Positions 39,601 to 52,100 of a DNA stretch of 64,000 nucleotides are shown piece after piece. Within the stretch, counting starts at the first letter, position 1. Every line of letters begins with the position of its first letter. The translations under genes were made by a program, and so were the position numbers. Origin of the DNA: Phoronis australis (lineage: Eukaryota > Animalia > Phoronida); assembly GCA_002633005.1 (NCBI GenBank), contig NMRA01000003.1:138129-202128 (forward strand), given 5' to 3'. The notes beneath the pieces were generated by a model that was not told where the DNA came from, did no database searches, and saw only the letters and a list, made by a program, of their open reading frames with translations.

Positions 39601-42018
39601 TCTAAAGACTTATTAAACCAAAGTGAATCCTTGCATACATTTGCCAAGATGTGTTAGCTTCTGGTTCATGTTGTTGTCATTTGTTATAAAAAAAGTTCAA
39701 TGTCTACTTTTAGAGGTCTGTCATATCGTCTTTCAATGGCTGTGTTCAGTATAGGTTTACTAAATTGACCAATCACGTGGCAAGCTACAAGTTATTTTTC
39801 ATGTTTTAGATGAATATGATTGGTTCATTGTAATTGGATCTCAAGCGTGATTGGTTCTCCCATTCTCATTTGCAGTATTCGCTGTGTACACATTTTGTTC
39901 TAAGTTGATCTTATTATGTGTCCATTTTTAGTTGTTATTCGGACTATGAGAACCTATGATGCGTTTTTATGTTGCATCCGTTAGGCCAACAGAGACGAGT
40001 CTTCAGTTGTTGACCACGAGCGTGCTAAGAAAGAAGCTGCTGAGTTGTTCAATGCTGGTGAGAAGAAGTGGGGAACTGATGAGTCTACGTTTAACAGAAT
40101 TCTGGCTATCAGAAGCATCCCTCAACTGCGTGCAACATTTGATGAATATGTCAAAGTAAGTTAGTTTAGTTACTAAAAGAAAAATCAGTAATGCTATTTT
40201 AAATATCCTACTCAAAAATGATTATTAAGGCCTGATGACTTTTATGGTCCTCCAGGCGTGATTAGCCCAAACATCTAGGCTCATTGCACCGATTGCCTGT
40301 TTACAACTCATAGGGGCCTCTAAGGTTAAAGTTACACTGACAAGAAAAGGTGGTTTTCTAAGATCAGTCCCAATGTGGAATCGAACTCACAAGATCACCT
40401 GCCGCAGTCCAATGCCTTGCTAGCTGAACTTAGCCTGATATTGTAGAGTATTTCCAGTTTATTTAGCTACACTATAGTCGGTGGCTGTATGCCAATGGTC
40501 AGAATTGTCCATGTGTAATCCAATTACAGAAATATAAAATGCATCTTGCTGTTTTATAGCTTTGGTCAGAGCTAAGAAGTTTAAGAATTCACTTCCATCC
40601 AGTAATAACCAATAAAACGTTTTTCGGTCTTAAAACCAAGCATGGCTTTAAGGCTCCTCATGGGGAAAATTCTTCAAAACTGTCCATTTTTTTCAACTAA
40701 ATAATTTGTGAATTTGAAAACCAAAAATCAGCAAAATGGGTGAGTTACTGGGTGCACATAGCCTGCATCACATAGACTGACCACATTGCCTTACTCATTG
40801 GACATGGGTCAGTGATTTGCGTCGGATCATTTTGGCCACAAAACTTGTTCTTAAAAACATTTAGCATCTTCCTCACCATTTTGTATTCACATCATCGCTA
40901 TATGTTTTACATCTAACTCACTTGGTCAAAATATCCCAGTTTCACATCCCACCTTCAGTGTTCTTGTTTTCCCTTTAGCTTTCACAGCGAGATATCCTCA
41001 ACTCTATCGACCGTGAGATGTCCGGTGATTTGAAGGAAGGATTCAAGGCTCTAGTCTGGAGTATCCGCCACCGACCTCAATACTTTGCTGACAAACTGTG
41101 GGCAGCAATGAAGGGTGCTGGAACAGACGATTCTACTCTCATACGCATAGTAGTCTCTCGTTCTGAGGTAAGTCTTTGTGGGAGGGAATGAGGAAGGGAG
41201 GGAGGGTGGGAGGGAGGGACGGAGGGAGGAAGGGAGGGAGGGAGGAAGTGTTTGTGGTAATGTGATTTAAAAACACAGGCAGTTCACTTAGAAATGGAAG
41301 CCAATGATCAGATGTATGCAGAACATATTTTTTCACCGTCTTAAAGATGTATTTGCATGCTCCTAACTATGCTAATGTATAGCAGGAACTAAACAGCAAT
41401 GCTATTTGAACATCATCTTCACTTAACAAAATGCAGTTGTATTCATTGACAACTTGTAAATGGAAAACAAAAAATTATGCAAATAGGTGACCTTTGCACT
41501 AATGACGTACCTTGGGGCTCACATAGCCTGCATCATGCAGTGTTATTCCCCAACACAAGGACACGATACTTACTGGACACAGTTGAGCGATTTACGGTGG
41601 ACTTTTTTGGACACAAAACTCATTCTTAAAAACATTTGGCAATTGTCAACCTATTTCATATTCACATCATTGCGATATGTTGTGTTTCTAATTGATTTGA
41701 CCTATCACAGAGATAAGGAATTAACGTGCAAAATTTACTTTAAGTTCCCTAAATGTGTTTGTAGAAATTGACCATGATTGTATCATTATTTTGTGACTTT
41801 TACATTGTTAGAGGCAATTTTTGAAAAGGACTGTTTGTGGGACTGTTTCAACGTAGAAGTGTTCACATGCATTTAAACTTTGTTCTCTACAGGTTGACCT
41901 TGTGAATATCAAGCAGGCATTCTTGGCCTCGTATCACAAGACTCTCTACCAAATGATTGAGGGTGACACTAGTGGTGACTACAAACGGATCCTACAGGGA
42001 ATTGTGGGACCAAACTAA
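30608..42018 (+). CDS. ANXA7: Annexin A7/A11-like protein with long Pro/Gly/Tyr-rich N-terminus, 12 coding exons, about 634 aa
   Basis: Exons 30608-30706, 32216-32266, 32451-32622, 33013-33243, 36331-36651, 36793-36957, 37930-38024, 38396-38600, 39261-39340, 39985-40155, 40979-41167 and 41893-42018. All introns are GT-AG and phase-compatible. Four annexin repeats (MKGAGTDE, MKGIGTKE, GEKKWGTDE, MKGAGTDD; GDTSGHF, GDTSGDY). The core is certain. Linkage of the first four exons to the core and the exact orthology (A7, A11 or A13) are inferred. Confidence 0.9.
34088..34104 (+). CDS. Candidate alternative terminal exon (G)GPRY*
   Basis: Strong acceptor TTTTTAATTTTCAG, phase 1 matching the exon ending at 33243. 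GPRY also occurs in the 32451-32622 exon. Followed by AT-rich sequence with ATTAAA at 34143. Confidence 0.45.
35678..35918. mobile_element. hAT-like MITE, copy 2 of the 1667-1903 family
   Basis: TIR CAGAGCTTGGAATG / CATTCCAAGCCATG, with TGTTTA on both flanks. Confidence 0.6.
38120..38319. mobile_element. Degraded PIF/Harbinger-like MITE
   Basis: GGGCCTGTATCTCAAA...TTTGCGAAACAGCTTGGCC, flanked by CAG on both sides. Confidence 0.45.
40220..40440 (-). mobile_element. tRNA-derived SINE-like sequence
   Basis: The minus strand starts with a tRNA-like head (degenerate A box, B box GAGTTCGATTCC) followed by a non-tRNA body. I could not fold a clean cloverleaf. Confidence 0.45.
40745..41680. repeat. 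Two diverged direct copies of an about 165-bp repeat (about 40745-40907 and 41512-41680) in consecutive annexin introns
   Basis: Shared CACATAGCCTGCATCA...CACAAAACTxxTTCTTAAAAACATTT...TATTCACATCAT. Confidence 0.65.
41180..41244. repeat. (GGGA)n microsatellite
   Basis: Direct read, immediately after the donor at 41168. Confidence 0.9.
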
Positions 42019-42141
42019 TATGAACACACAGAATGACGTTGAGAAATTTTTGTTTTGTGTTAATGCTTAAGATGGCAACTCAAATTTCTGTGTCTCTTGA
42101 TAGTGTTGATCTCAGATTCTCAAGGGCACACAATGGACCAG

Positions 42142-42389
42142 GGACTTGTTCCAATAAACTGACTTAAGTTCATTTTTGACTGAAGTTTAAGATTTGTCTT
42201 AACTTACAAACTTTGAAACTTCCACATTCGGTAAGTTAGTCAAAATTAAGACAAACTTTATGTCAAACACTTAAGTCAAACTTATGATCTCTTTCTTGAA
42301 TTGGTTTTGAGACAAATTTAACTTTTATTTTAAAATTTACTAAAATTTAAGATGTGTCTTAGCTTAGTCAGTTTTGTTGGTACTTGCCC
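42142..42389. mobile_element. PIF/Harbinger-like MITE in the annexin 3' UTR (allelic copy at about 42875-43122)
   Basis: Inverted termini GGACTTGTTCCAATAAACTGACTTAAG / CTTAGTCAGTTTTGTTGGTACTTGCCC with a CAG direct repeat. Same family as 50344-50579. Confidence 0.7.
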
Positions 42390-42558
42390 CAGTGTTCTTA
42401 TAATACACCTGGACTTTTTATGAGAAGGCAGATCAAGTCACTTAACTATGCATCCGCAGACTTAAGATGTTCTATTAGTAGCGTTATGAGTGGAATAATG
42501 TAAATGTGCAAATGCTAATATTGTGGCCAGTTGTTTATGATCATGATGGGTAGATCCN

Positions 42559-44916
42559 AAGGACTGTTTGTGGGACTGTTTCAACGTAGAAGTGTTCACA
42601 TGCATTTAAACTTTGTTCTCTACAGGTTGACCTTGTGAATATCAAGCAGGCATTCTTGGCCTCGTATCACAAGACTCTCTACCAAATGATTGAGGGTGAC
42701 ACTAGTGGTGACTACAAACGGATCCTACAGGGAATTGTGGGACCAAACTAATATGAACACACAGAATGACGTTGAGAAATTTTTGTTTTGTGTTAATGCT
42801 TAAGATGGCAACTCAAATTTCTGTGTCTCTTGATAGTGTTGATCTCAGATTCTCAAGGGCACACAATGGACCAGGGACTTGTTCCAATAAACTGACTTAA
42901 GTTCATTTTTGACTGAAGTTTAAGATTTGTCTTAACTTACAAACTTTGAAACTTCCACATTCGGTAAGTTAGTCAAAATTAAGACAAAATTTATGTCAAA
43001 CACTTAAGTCAAACTTATGATCTTTTTCTTGAATTGGTTTTGAGACAAATTTAACTTTTATTTTAAAATTTACTAAAATTTAAGATTTGTCTTAGCTAAG
43101 TCAGTTTTGTTGGTACGGGCCCCAGTGTTCTTATAATACACCTGGACTTTTTATGAGAAGGCAGATCAAGTCACTTAACTATGCATCCGCAAACTTAAAA
43201 GGGGACTGTAGTCAAAATAATGTTGCAGTTAATCGGTTCAAACATACAAATAAAACTCACATTTGCCTGACTTGCGTGCCAAACAAAAGCCGATTCGAAT
43301 TCATGGTCAAAACACTGAATTCTGAAAGCGATCGCTGATTGGCTGATGTGTCAGTGACGTGAACGGCGGGGTATCAGCTGCTTTACACATTCATTGCTTA
43401 TGTCATATTTGAAGAGTTTACATCGTAATTTATCATTGTATCAATCGTCCTTAATTTTTATTGTTTACCACAGTGCTGTAAAAGGTTCGCTATGCCTTTT
43501 TGTATGGCACCTGGTTGCTCAAACTCTTCGCAAAAGGCGTCTTCTAAAGGGATGGTCATCGCATACCATCACCGGGTTACCCAAGCCTTGGCCCAAAGCT
43601 CTGTGTAGATATAGGCCTACAGGTTTAATCCGATATGGGTAAAAATGTACAAATAAAATCTGACTCAAATAAATGTCATTAAAACTAAGTCATCCTTGAG
43701 TAAACCTAGGAACCAGTAATCTAACTTCTGTATTTACCGGTGTTGGAAATGTTAGCGATCGTTCATCGACTGCTGCTAGTGAAATTGTGATGTGTTGTCT
43801 TGAGTCGGCTTTTTGCGATTATGTCACCTGACCTTTACCAGTTTCTTTTCCCTCTGATTCTTTTATCAAGTGTTCGTCGCTGACGGCCTACCTAGGTTGC
43901 GTACATGTTATAAGAAATCATCGCAACTTGTTTCATTTTGTTTCAAGTTTTTAGTATTTTTACACCAGCAAACCGAATTTTAGAACAACCTTAGTGCTGC
44001 GAAGCTGTTATCATGTCCCGAAAGACGTCTCAAATTTTTATGAATTGGTGCGTGCGCCGTGTCACGAGCGTGCTGTTTTTGAAACGGAGGGACACAGTTC
44101 TTTGTTAAAAAGGCAGCAAATTATGATACCAAATGACATTTATTTGATTGTTTTCCACTTAAACGGCTGCAACGAACAATGGGAGTGTCGGGTGACTACC
44201 AGATTTTGCATGCGCCCCCGCCGGTCCGTTAGCTTTATATGTTGATCAGTAGCGTAAGTTTTACGACGAGGTGACGAGCATAACTGAGTCAACTGTACCC
44301 GGGTAGTCAACGGCTGTCTGAAATTTCGGGGTTAACGGACCTCAACACACAGTGGTACGATAGTCTTCATACAGCTACATTCGGTAACTTACCAACCCTT
44401 CAAGTTTTCAGAGCTGAGTATTGGCTGACAGCTGGCTGACTGGATGGCTAGAGTCCACATTGCCCTGGGCACAGTCACTGACACCAGTTGCACCGGCAAA
44501 TTTTCGTCTGACGATGACGATGACTGGGTATCACTTTGTGTTGCCTCGGCTCAAACAGGTATCCCTTGTGACCCGACATTTCACACTAAAATTTCTTATT
44601 CCGACACTATGAAAAACGCTACTTGATTGCACGCTAACACAGGACAGTGACTTGGACCCCGCCAAATACGTCACGAGACTAAGCAGCGCTCCAAGCCGTA
44701 TTTTTTTGAGCTTCGTTAGAGAATATAAGTTTAATTTTTGGTGTTGAATTATTTGTGAAATTAATCAACAATTCATAGAAAACTATCCAGAATTTATTCA
44801 GAATAAAATACAGTTCCCTTTTAAGATGTTCTATTAGTCGCGTTATGAGTGGAATAATGTAAATGTGCAAATGCTAATATTGTGGCCAGTTGTTTATGAT
44901 CATGATGGGTAGATCC
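42559..44916 (+). repeat. Second (allelic) copy of 41826-42557, including a duplicate annexin last exon (42626-42751), interrupted by a transposon
   Basis: Near-identical sequence starts right after the N at 42558 and resumes at 44821 after the insertion. Confidence 0.9.
43199..44820. mobile_element. 1622-bp non-autonomous DNA transposon with TTAA target duplication (Kolobok/T2-like)
   Basis: TTAA at 43195-43198 and 44821-44824. 12-bp TIR AAGGGGACTGTA / TACAGTTCCCTT (11/12 match). The empty site with a single TTAA is at 42462-42465. No transposase ORF. Confidence 0.85.
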
Positions 44917-47900
44917 TTACCGCAAATTTTTCATTGGAATGTAGTCATGAAGCCTTCTCATGATAAGACTGCAAAGGTGTCTTCTGATACGAGGGTGGAC
45001 AGTTTGTTGTTGTACAATGGCTCAGGTAAAAGTATATCTGACAGTAACAATAGCTACACTCCAAGTAATGGCTGACTTGTTGACTTTGGATGTTGGAATG
45101 TATAATGAAAGCTATAACACAGAACAATGTGATGGAGAAGAGAGTCAGTACAGTCTGGGTGTCACACAGGACAGGAATGACAACAGGCTCAACTATTGTG
45201 ATGTTGTATTTGTTTTGTCACACTTACATTTAAACAGAAATTATAATTTTATTAAATGCAGGTGAATCAATGTAAAAAATAATGCTTCAGTTAAGTGTTT
45301 TAATTGCTTTTTGTTGGTGAAGGATAATAATTGTAGTTTCTAAGTGGTATCAGTCAACTAATAAGAAGCTATATTTCTTGTACAATCAAGATTTGATTCT
45401 GTGAGATTTTTCATTGCTTTATGTGATTCAGGGTGAAGTGTATATAAATTATGTTATGCATACAGTTCATTGTTTAACTGCTTTCTTGTTTAAACCATTT
45501 CAAAATGTATGATTTTACAACATTTGATTTGCGATTACTTAGATCCATTTTTTTGTTCTTTTACACTTTACAACATGGTGCAACAATAAAAAGCTGTGTA
45601 TTACTGAGCTGAATATGGAGACTTGGCTTAAGAGGACTATCCTTTGGTTTAGTAAAATTTGCCAGGATTCCAAATCTCGTCTAACTTTAATTTGTAAAAT
45701 ACTAAATAGACAAACTTGAAAAATGTTTTCATTAACACAGCAAAAAGTCATTTTAACTTCATTTTCCTGCTTTATGAAGAATAGTTTCAGTCACCCTTTT
45801 TCGGGTACACAGCAGTTGTGTTTCTCGGTACCTATGTGTCCTCGCGGGCCAGCGCCCAGTGTCTCAGTGTTCTCACGTGAGGCTACCGTTTGTTTCCTGA
45901 GCTCAATGTTCCTTTCAGGTCAGTATGATATCGTGTTACGTGGCCCAAAGCGAGAACTTCATCACGTGACACTAACTCCATCATTCTGAGGAGTGACCAC
46001 AGTCACTGACGGTCGAAAACGTTCGATTTATTAGTATTTATTTAATACCGGATTGTGTCCCGTGAAGATTTTTGGTAGTCAGATGATCTATTGAATCCTT
46101 GAGCAAAATTCTTACGTTCGCCAAGAAACGTGTAAACTATATGATAGTTGACTTTTGTTCGTGTTCAGTTTTTAAAGAAAAGCATCTACCAATGAGAATC
46201 AATTGATAAATTTTGATTATTTAACATTGGCGCATATTCGAGGCTTAGAAACAAACATCACAGTCGGCTCATAGATTGGTCATGAATTCATGATCGCCTT
46301 ATCTAAATGCCGAGATGTGTCAAAGGTCAAACAACTGACTTACATAGGAACTGCATTCTTTCATCTGTGATAATACTGCCAGGCAACCACTGGCGACACA
46401 GCGGGGCCATGCCTCTTGTTCTCCAACTGCTAAAAACCTCTTAGTGCGACCGCTCAAAACTTATTTCAGTTTTCCGTCTCGCTGAAAAGTGCCGGCCCCC
46501 ACGAGGTTGACACTCGTTTCAATTCAAACACCCCGTTAGTGTTTTTTTTTCGCGCATTTGGGCTTCATGAACCGAGTTGTACACCAAAAAGTTGCGCAGA
46601 AATTGAATTAGCGGCTAGAAGGATTACAAGGCTATAGTTAGAGAACATCGGTTTTAGACAACACAGAGCCGAGGGCCAACATAGCGATGGAGGGGCACTC
46701 GAGTCGGTCATTATCAGGATGTGGGAGCATCGTCTGTGAGTGAAAAGCCATTGGATGGGAACTGAGAATAAAGAGGCATAAAGATTTAAGGACGAGCTCC
46801 TTAATTTTTCGTTTATTGTTTACACAGTTATTAATTCGTTTTTTGAAAATAGCCTACATTTTCCTTCACTAACTCGAATCAACATTGCAATGAGTCCAAG
46901 CATTCGAAAATTTGAGGATGTTTTTGGATGGTCAAAACCGCAGCAATTAACACTTGAAGGTCATTTCTTGTCTAATTCTAGTAAAACGTTAAAACTGGTT
47001 TCTCTCTTGAAATTCGCCCCCGCCCAGATTTTTAATGTGTTTTATTCATGACATCTTCTGAGAAGGAAATGCAACCTGTAACACGGATGCATAACACCAG
47101 TAAGGCATTATTGCGCATGGTAATGCCTTCCTGGTAACACGCGATCGCCCTAGAAAATGTACCGCAAACTTTGAACACTGCAACGCACTGAGAAGCTGGT
47201 CAACTATAGTGACAGCAATGGAAACTATATAAGGCAATTCAGTTGCAAAAAATGCTTTGACGTGTGACGTACTCCCAACAACATATTCTGATAGGAAGTG
47301 ATGCCTTTCCTCGTGGAAAATTAATTGAGCAATTCGGTGGCCGTGAGCAAACATTTCGTGATCCACAAGCACTCTGTAAAAAGCCACAGCCAAACACACT
47401 GTATCTGTTCTTTTCCGTCGCCGCCAGTCTCTTTCGATCTTGATGTTAGTCACCGTGACCAAATTACAAATGCAGTACATTTTACTTACTCATTTGCTTG
47501 ACTGGCATAGCGCCGCACTGTAAGGTTTGTTTTCGCCGGTGTAGGCCTACTTATTACATATGCAGCCACGGTGTGTCTCTGTGGATCAACTTAGTCATGA
47601 GGAAATTAGATGTTTTCAAGTAGTTTTCAAAACCCAACTCCGTGCAAAATGTCGACTATGAATGTCAATACTGGTACGCAATCACAATTCTATTATTTTC
47701 AGTTATCAGTGCTCGATTCATGGCATATCTCACTGTCATTCTTGCCATCCTCACCTCAGCAGTAACTAGCCGTAGCGTTTTATATCGGTTGCTAGCATCT
47801 GCGTCAACTGAGTCGTTTTGTTCCATACCGATGAAAAACATAATTAAGTTATCTCTTCCTGGTTTTACTTATACTCATGTAGTCACTCACTTACCGTTGC

Positions 47901-49089
47901 CGTAGGCCTACTTAGTTTACTACGTAACGCTAGAAAGCAAGAATTCATGAAATTACCTGATGTATTGTGTTTTTGAATTGAAAGCGTGATTTTGGCTAGA
48001 TTTTTGTATTTCCCAAGACAGCTACTGAACTCTACCTTAGTCTGCGACCAGGGGCGCAAGGGTGAGAATCTCATGAACACGCTAGACTGAAGACGTCAAG
48101 ACGTTTGGTGACCGGGCATTGCAAACGAAGCACACGATCACACTNAAACACGCAAGTTGATGTCAGGCGTGCAAGTTCAATGTCACAGTCCCAAGTCGAA
48201 CAACACGGTCTAATTAAACCAGAGCACATGTTACGCTACAACGAAAAACTGCAGCCTTCGGTGTATTTCCCATTTGTATTTTCATCAGAAATTTTCGTCA
48301 TGCGGGACTCGGTGACTCTTTCCATAGCTAAAGCGCCAAACACAAGCTAAACGCAAGACAATCGAGTAACGGTCACGACATCGCCAAGACAAGGTACAAA
48401 TTACAAAGACCGTTACACCAATTCTCAGATTCAAGCCTTATAGAGTAGTAATCATCCGTTTAACGCTTTAGTGATACGGGAGTTGCGTCGATCCCAAATT
48501 AGCGTTTCTAAAATTTTCCTTGTCCGAAAGTCGCGGGGCAAAAATCCGACGTTTATGACATTGTCCGAAGTTCGAAGATCATTAAAAACAGTTTTTGGAC
48601 CTTGTACGAATTTCGTGGACTATGAAAAACTCATTTCGGAAATATTTATTCTTGGTCGAAAATGGCGGGCCGTCCGAAAATCACGCGACTTTACCGTACT
48701 TAGTGTTTGCGGCAAGGGAAGTGCAACCACAAAATCGATTCAGTATAGACTATAGTCATGGTGCAAAAGTTTATCGTATTATATTCATAAAGGCACACTT
48801 TTGCAAACTCCGGAATTTTATTAACACGTAGGTCTATCTCAGTGTTGGCAGTAGACATTGTTCGGGTGTAGGCGGGCCTGGTGTCAGCCTTTCGTACTAT
48901 CCGTTTTGTGTGTTGGGGAATCGTAGCCTCACAATCAGATAAACAGCTCATTGATCGCTGCAATATAATAGTGCATAATGTCATATGACAGTGTCTTGTG
49001 ACCGCGAAACTTCTTCTCCAATGAAAACGTGACCGCGGCAGGCCTAGCCAATAAAATTGTGTTACAATAGGTCAAAAGGTGACTAGTCA

Positions 49090-49098
49090 TCATGTGAC
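49090..49098. promoter_or_regulatory. M-box/CLEAR-like motif TCATGTGAC just upstream of the FNIP ATG
   Basis: Motif match about 20 bp before the ATG. FNIP genes are MiT/TFE targets in mammals. Confidence 0.45.
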
Positions 49099-49117
49099 TT
49101 ATTCAGTAACAACAGTC

Positions 49118-52100
49118 ATGGCGGTGTTCGCGAGGTTGTTCAAGAGTTCTAAATGTCAGAGAATTATTGAAACAAAACTACAGAATTCGGACCAAAGGAA
49201 AAGGTAAATTGTGAATTATGTACTCTAAATAGATTAAGCACCCCAGAATCTGAATTTTTAGCTTCATTTCTGCCTGTGTTTTCCGTGACACGTAAAACAA
49301 ATTTCCTTTTCTGTGCCTTTGAGTCTCACTTGGCAAGCCCCTTTGACTTGGCAAGGTTCAGCTACAGGCCAAGCTTTAGCCAGTAGCCCTACCGGCAAGC
49401 TGTGTTTAGACTGGTGCCAAAGAATATTTATACAGTGTTGTACCAAGGCTAGATTGGGCCCTCCTTAACATAGTTTATTCCAGTCAATCCCTTTCCTTTT
49501 CGTACATTTTTAAATCTCCGAATAAATGGAAGTCAGCTCAGAAGCCTCTCTTTCAAATCAGTTGAGTCTAGAATACTACAAAGCCTGCTTGTATCACGGA
49601 AATTTTGTAACTAATTCGAACATCTCGTACTTTATATTTCTTTTCTTGTCGTTCCTGCTGACTAGCAAAAAAGAAATTGGCCATTAGGTGATGCTCCATT
49701 TCATGGCATTAATGAAGCTGATTCATGTTATTGCTCCAGGAATTTAGCAGTCGTATACTATAATGGCAGTGGTAATTTGTTGGCCCATGTAATCTTTCTG
49801 CTCAACTCGTAAGGAAGATTATTGATTTTAATGGCACTGATTTTTGTCAGAGTTCGTTAAATCATTTTTTATCTGCATCGCTCCAAAGTTATATATTTAA
49901 ACAGCTTTGCATATCTCAGTCAATTCTACGTACCACTGTGGTATTGTTGGGTTTTACACTTGAAAAAGCTTGAGGATGAAGTTGGCTCCTTATTGCTGAG
50001 TTCAAAGAAGCCAACTTTTGATTTTGACCATGCCCTTACATGCTAAAGCCACCGCTTTGACTTTCACAGACTAGCTGTCAATTAATGTTTTTTGAGAACA
50101 CTCAAATTAAACAAGTTGTTTTAAGTCATGGGTAATACTTTGCAAAGCATTATATGGAAAATTCTGAAATCTGTCTTTGACTAATGTTTTATTTTCAGCT
50201 GGGAGAACACAGACTTTACGCCTGACCAGATTCGCTTGATTTTGTTCAAAGACCATGATATACAGGGTAGAAAACTAATTTTTGATTCCAAAGCGATTAA
50301 GAAGATAGATGGAATCAAGGTAAATTTCTTAATTAAAATTCACGGGCCTGTTCCAAGAAAACTGAGTTAGCTAAAACAAATCTTAAATTTAGACCAATTT
50401 TAAATTAAAACTTCAATTTGTCTTTAGTCCATTCCAAGAAAATGATCTTAGTTTGACTTAATTTTTTCATAAGATTTGTCTTGAGTTTGACTAACTTGCC
50501 GATTGTAGAAGTTTCAAAGGTTGGAAGTTGAGACAAATCTTAAACTTAAATCAAAAATGAACTTTCTTGGAATGGACCCGAGTCCTGTAGCTCTGGTATT
50601 GTGCTTAGTGCATATACTTCACTGGCAAAAAACAAAATCTTTTTTAGTTTTTATTTACCTGATTCAATAACAAATAAACACACGGCAAGTTCCTTAAAAG
50701 TCAAAGCATCATTTCACTGCTGTTCAGTTGTCAGTGCTGAATTCTTAGCCAAAGCACTTTGGCGGGTTTAATAATGGTGCAGTGATCATCAAATGAGGTG
50801 GTCTTCAAGTCACTGGCAATGCATGCTTGCTACACTTTCCAATTCGCAAGTTGCCGAACTCTATTAAGCCCCACTGGTGGTTGCTATGTTCTTGTTGGTA
50901 ATGGAACTAGAGTCCTATCACTATAAGGAATAGTATGAGTCAGATTTTATGAGCTTAACGGCCTTAATTGAATTTCATTTTTCGTTTTTTAGTAGCAAAA
51001 CACTTCAGGACATGCAGTACGTTCCATTCATACACCACTGTTCACAAGCCAGTCATAGTACAAGGGAACTGGACTAAAAGTTCCATTTTTAATGGGAAAC
51101 ATGACCATTTTGTATTTAATCATATTTTTAAGTTTTCATTGTAATTTTTAAGCTTTCATTAAATAAATTGATGAATGGTCTGTTTTTTCAGTATTAACTC
51201 TTATTCTCCTTTTGAATGAGGAATAGGCCTACAATGCCAATAAGTCTTGTATGGGTTCATCATAGTTGATTGTGTTGTACTTTAATCTATTCCTCATAGC
51301 AAGCAAACAAAACTGGAAAAAATATATGATAACATAATTTGCTTGCTTTGAATTCTACACAAACTAAGGAGCAAAATGCCCTTAATTTTGTCAGTTCCTG
51401 CTTACAGACTTTGAAATAAGTAACATAGAAATGCTTGTAACAAGTGGTATGTGTTTAAGTTTATTAGTATGATACAAGCACATGATGTATTTCTCTTCCT
51501 GGTTTTGCTTCAAGTTTCAAAGGTTAGAAGCAAATATGCTTGTGTCATTAAGATCAAACCCTGCTATTGTTGGAATAAATTTTTTCGACAGAAATTTGAA
51601 TTAAAAATAACCAATGAATAAATTGATGACTTCATCTGGAAATATTTTTATGATATCGTAGGAGGAGCCTGCTAAGAAAAGCAAAAGTAAAGTTAACGAG
51701 GAGTTTAACTTATCTAGCTCCAATGATCAGCTGAGAGGGGATTCCTCACCAAGATATCAGGTATGTTCAGGCTGTACGGTCAATACTCTTGTGTTGTCAT
51801 TTGAGAATTATAAATCACTATTACCATTTATATGTTAATACCCTATGCCGAACTCTGTGATCAACTACTAAGGCTCCGAGAGGACTGGGCTGATCGCTGT
51901 CGAAACTATTTGTGGCCCTGATTCTTAGCTCTATGGTGGAATTGATTTGACTTGTGGCATGAAAGCATTGCTTGGTTATTTTCTTGCCTGAAGTCAAATT
52001 ACCTTTGTAATCACTTCCATTTCATTATTTCCGTGTTAGCACAAATTCAGTGATGTTAACCTACCTCTGAACTTTGAGCCCCAAGTCTACTCGCTATGAT

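Noticed and set aside
40228-40280. CTGATGA as another hammerhead ribozyme
   Set aside because: No GAAA box (it reads CAAA) and no convincing stem II.
42626-42751. Second annexin terminal exon as a true alternative exon
   Set aside because: It is identical to 41893-42018 and follows the N join, so it is best read as the other allele.
47046-47480. 144-aa minus-strand ORF
   Set aside because: No recognisable domain and no supporting splice structure.
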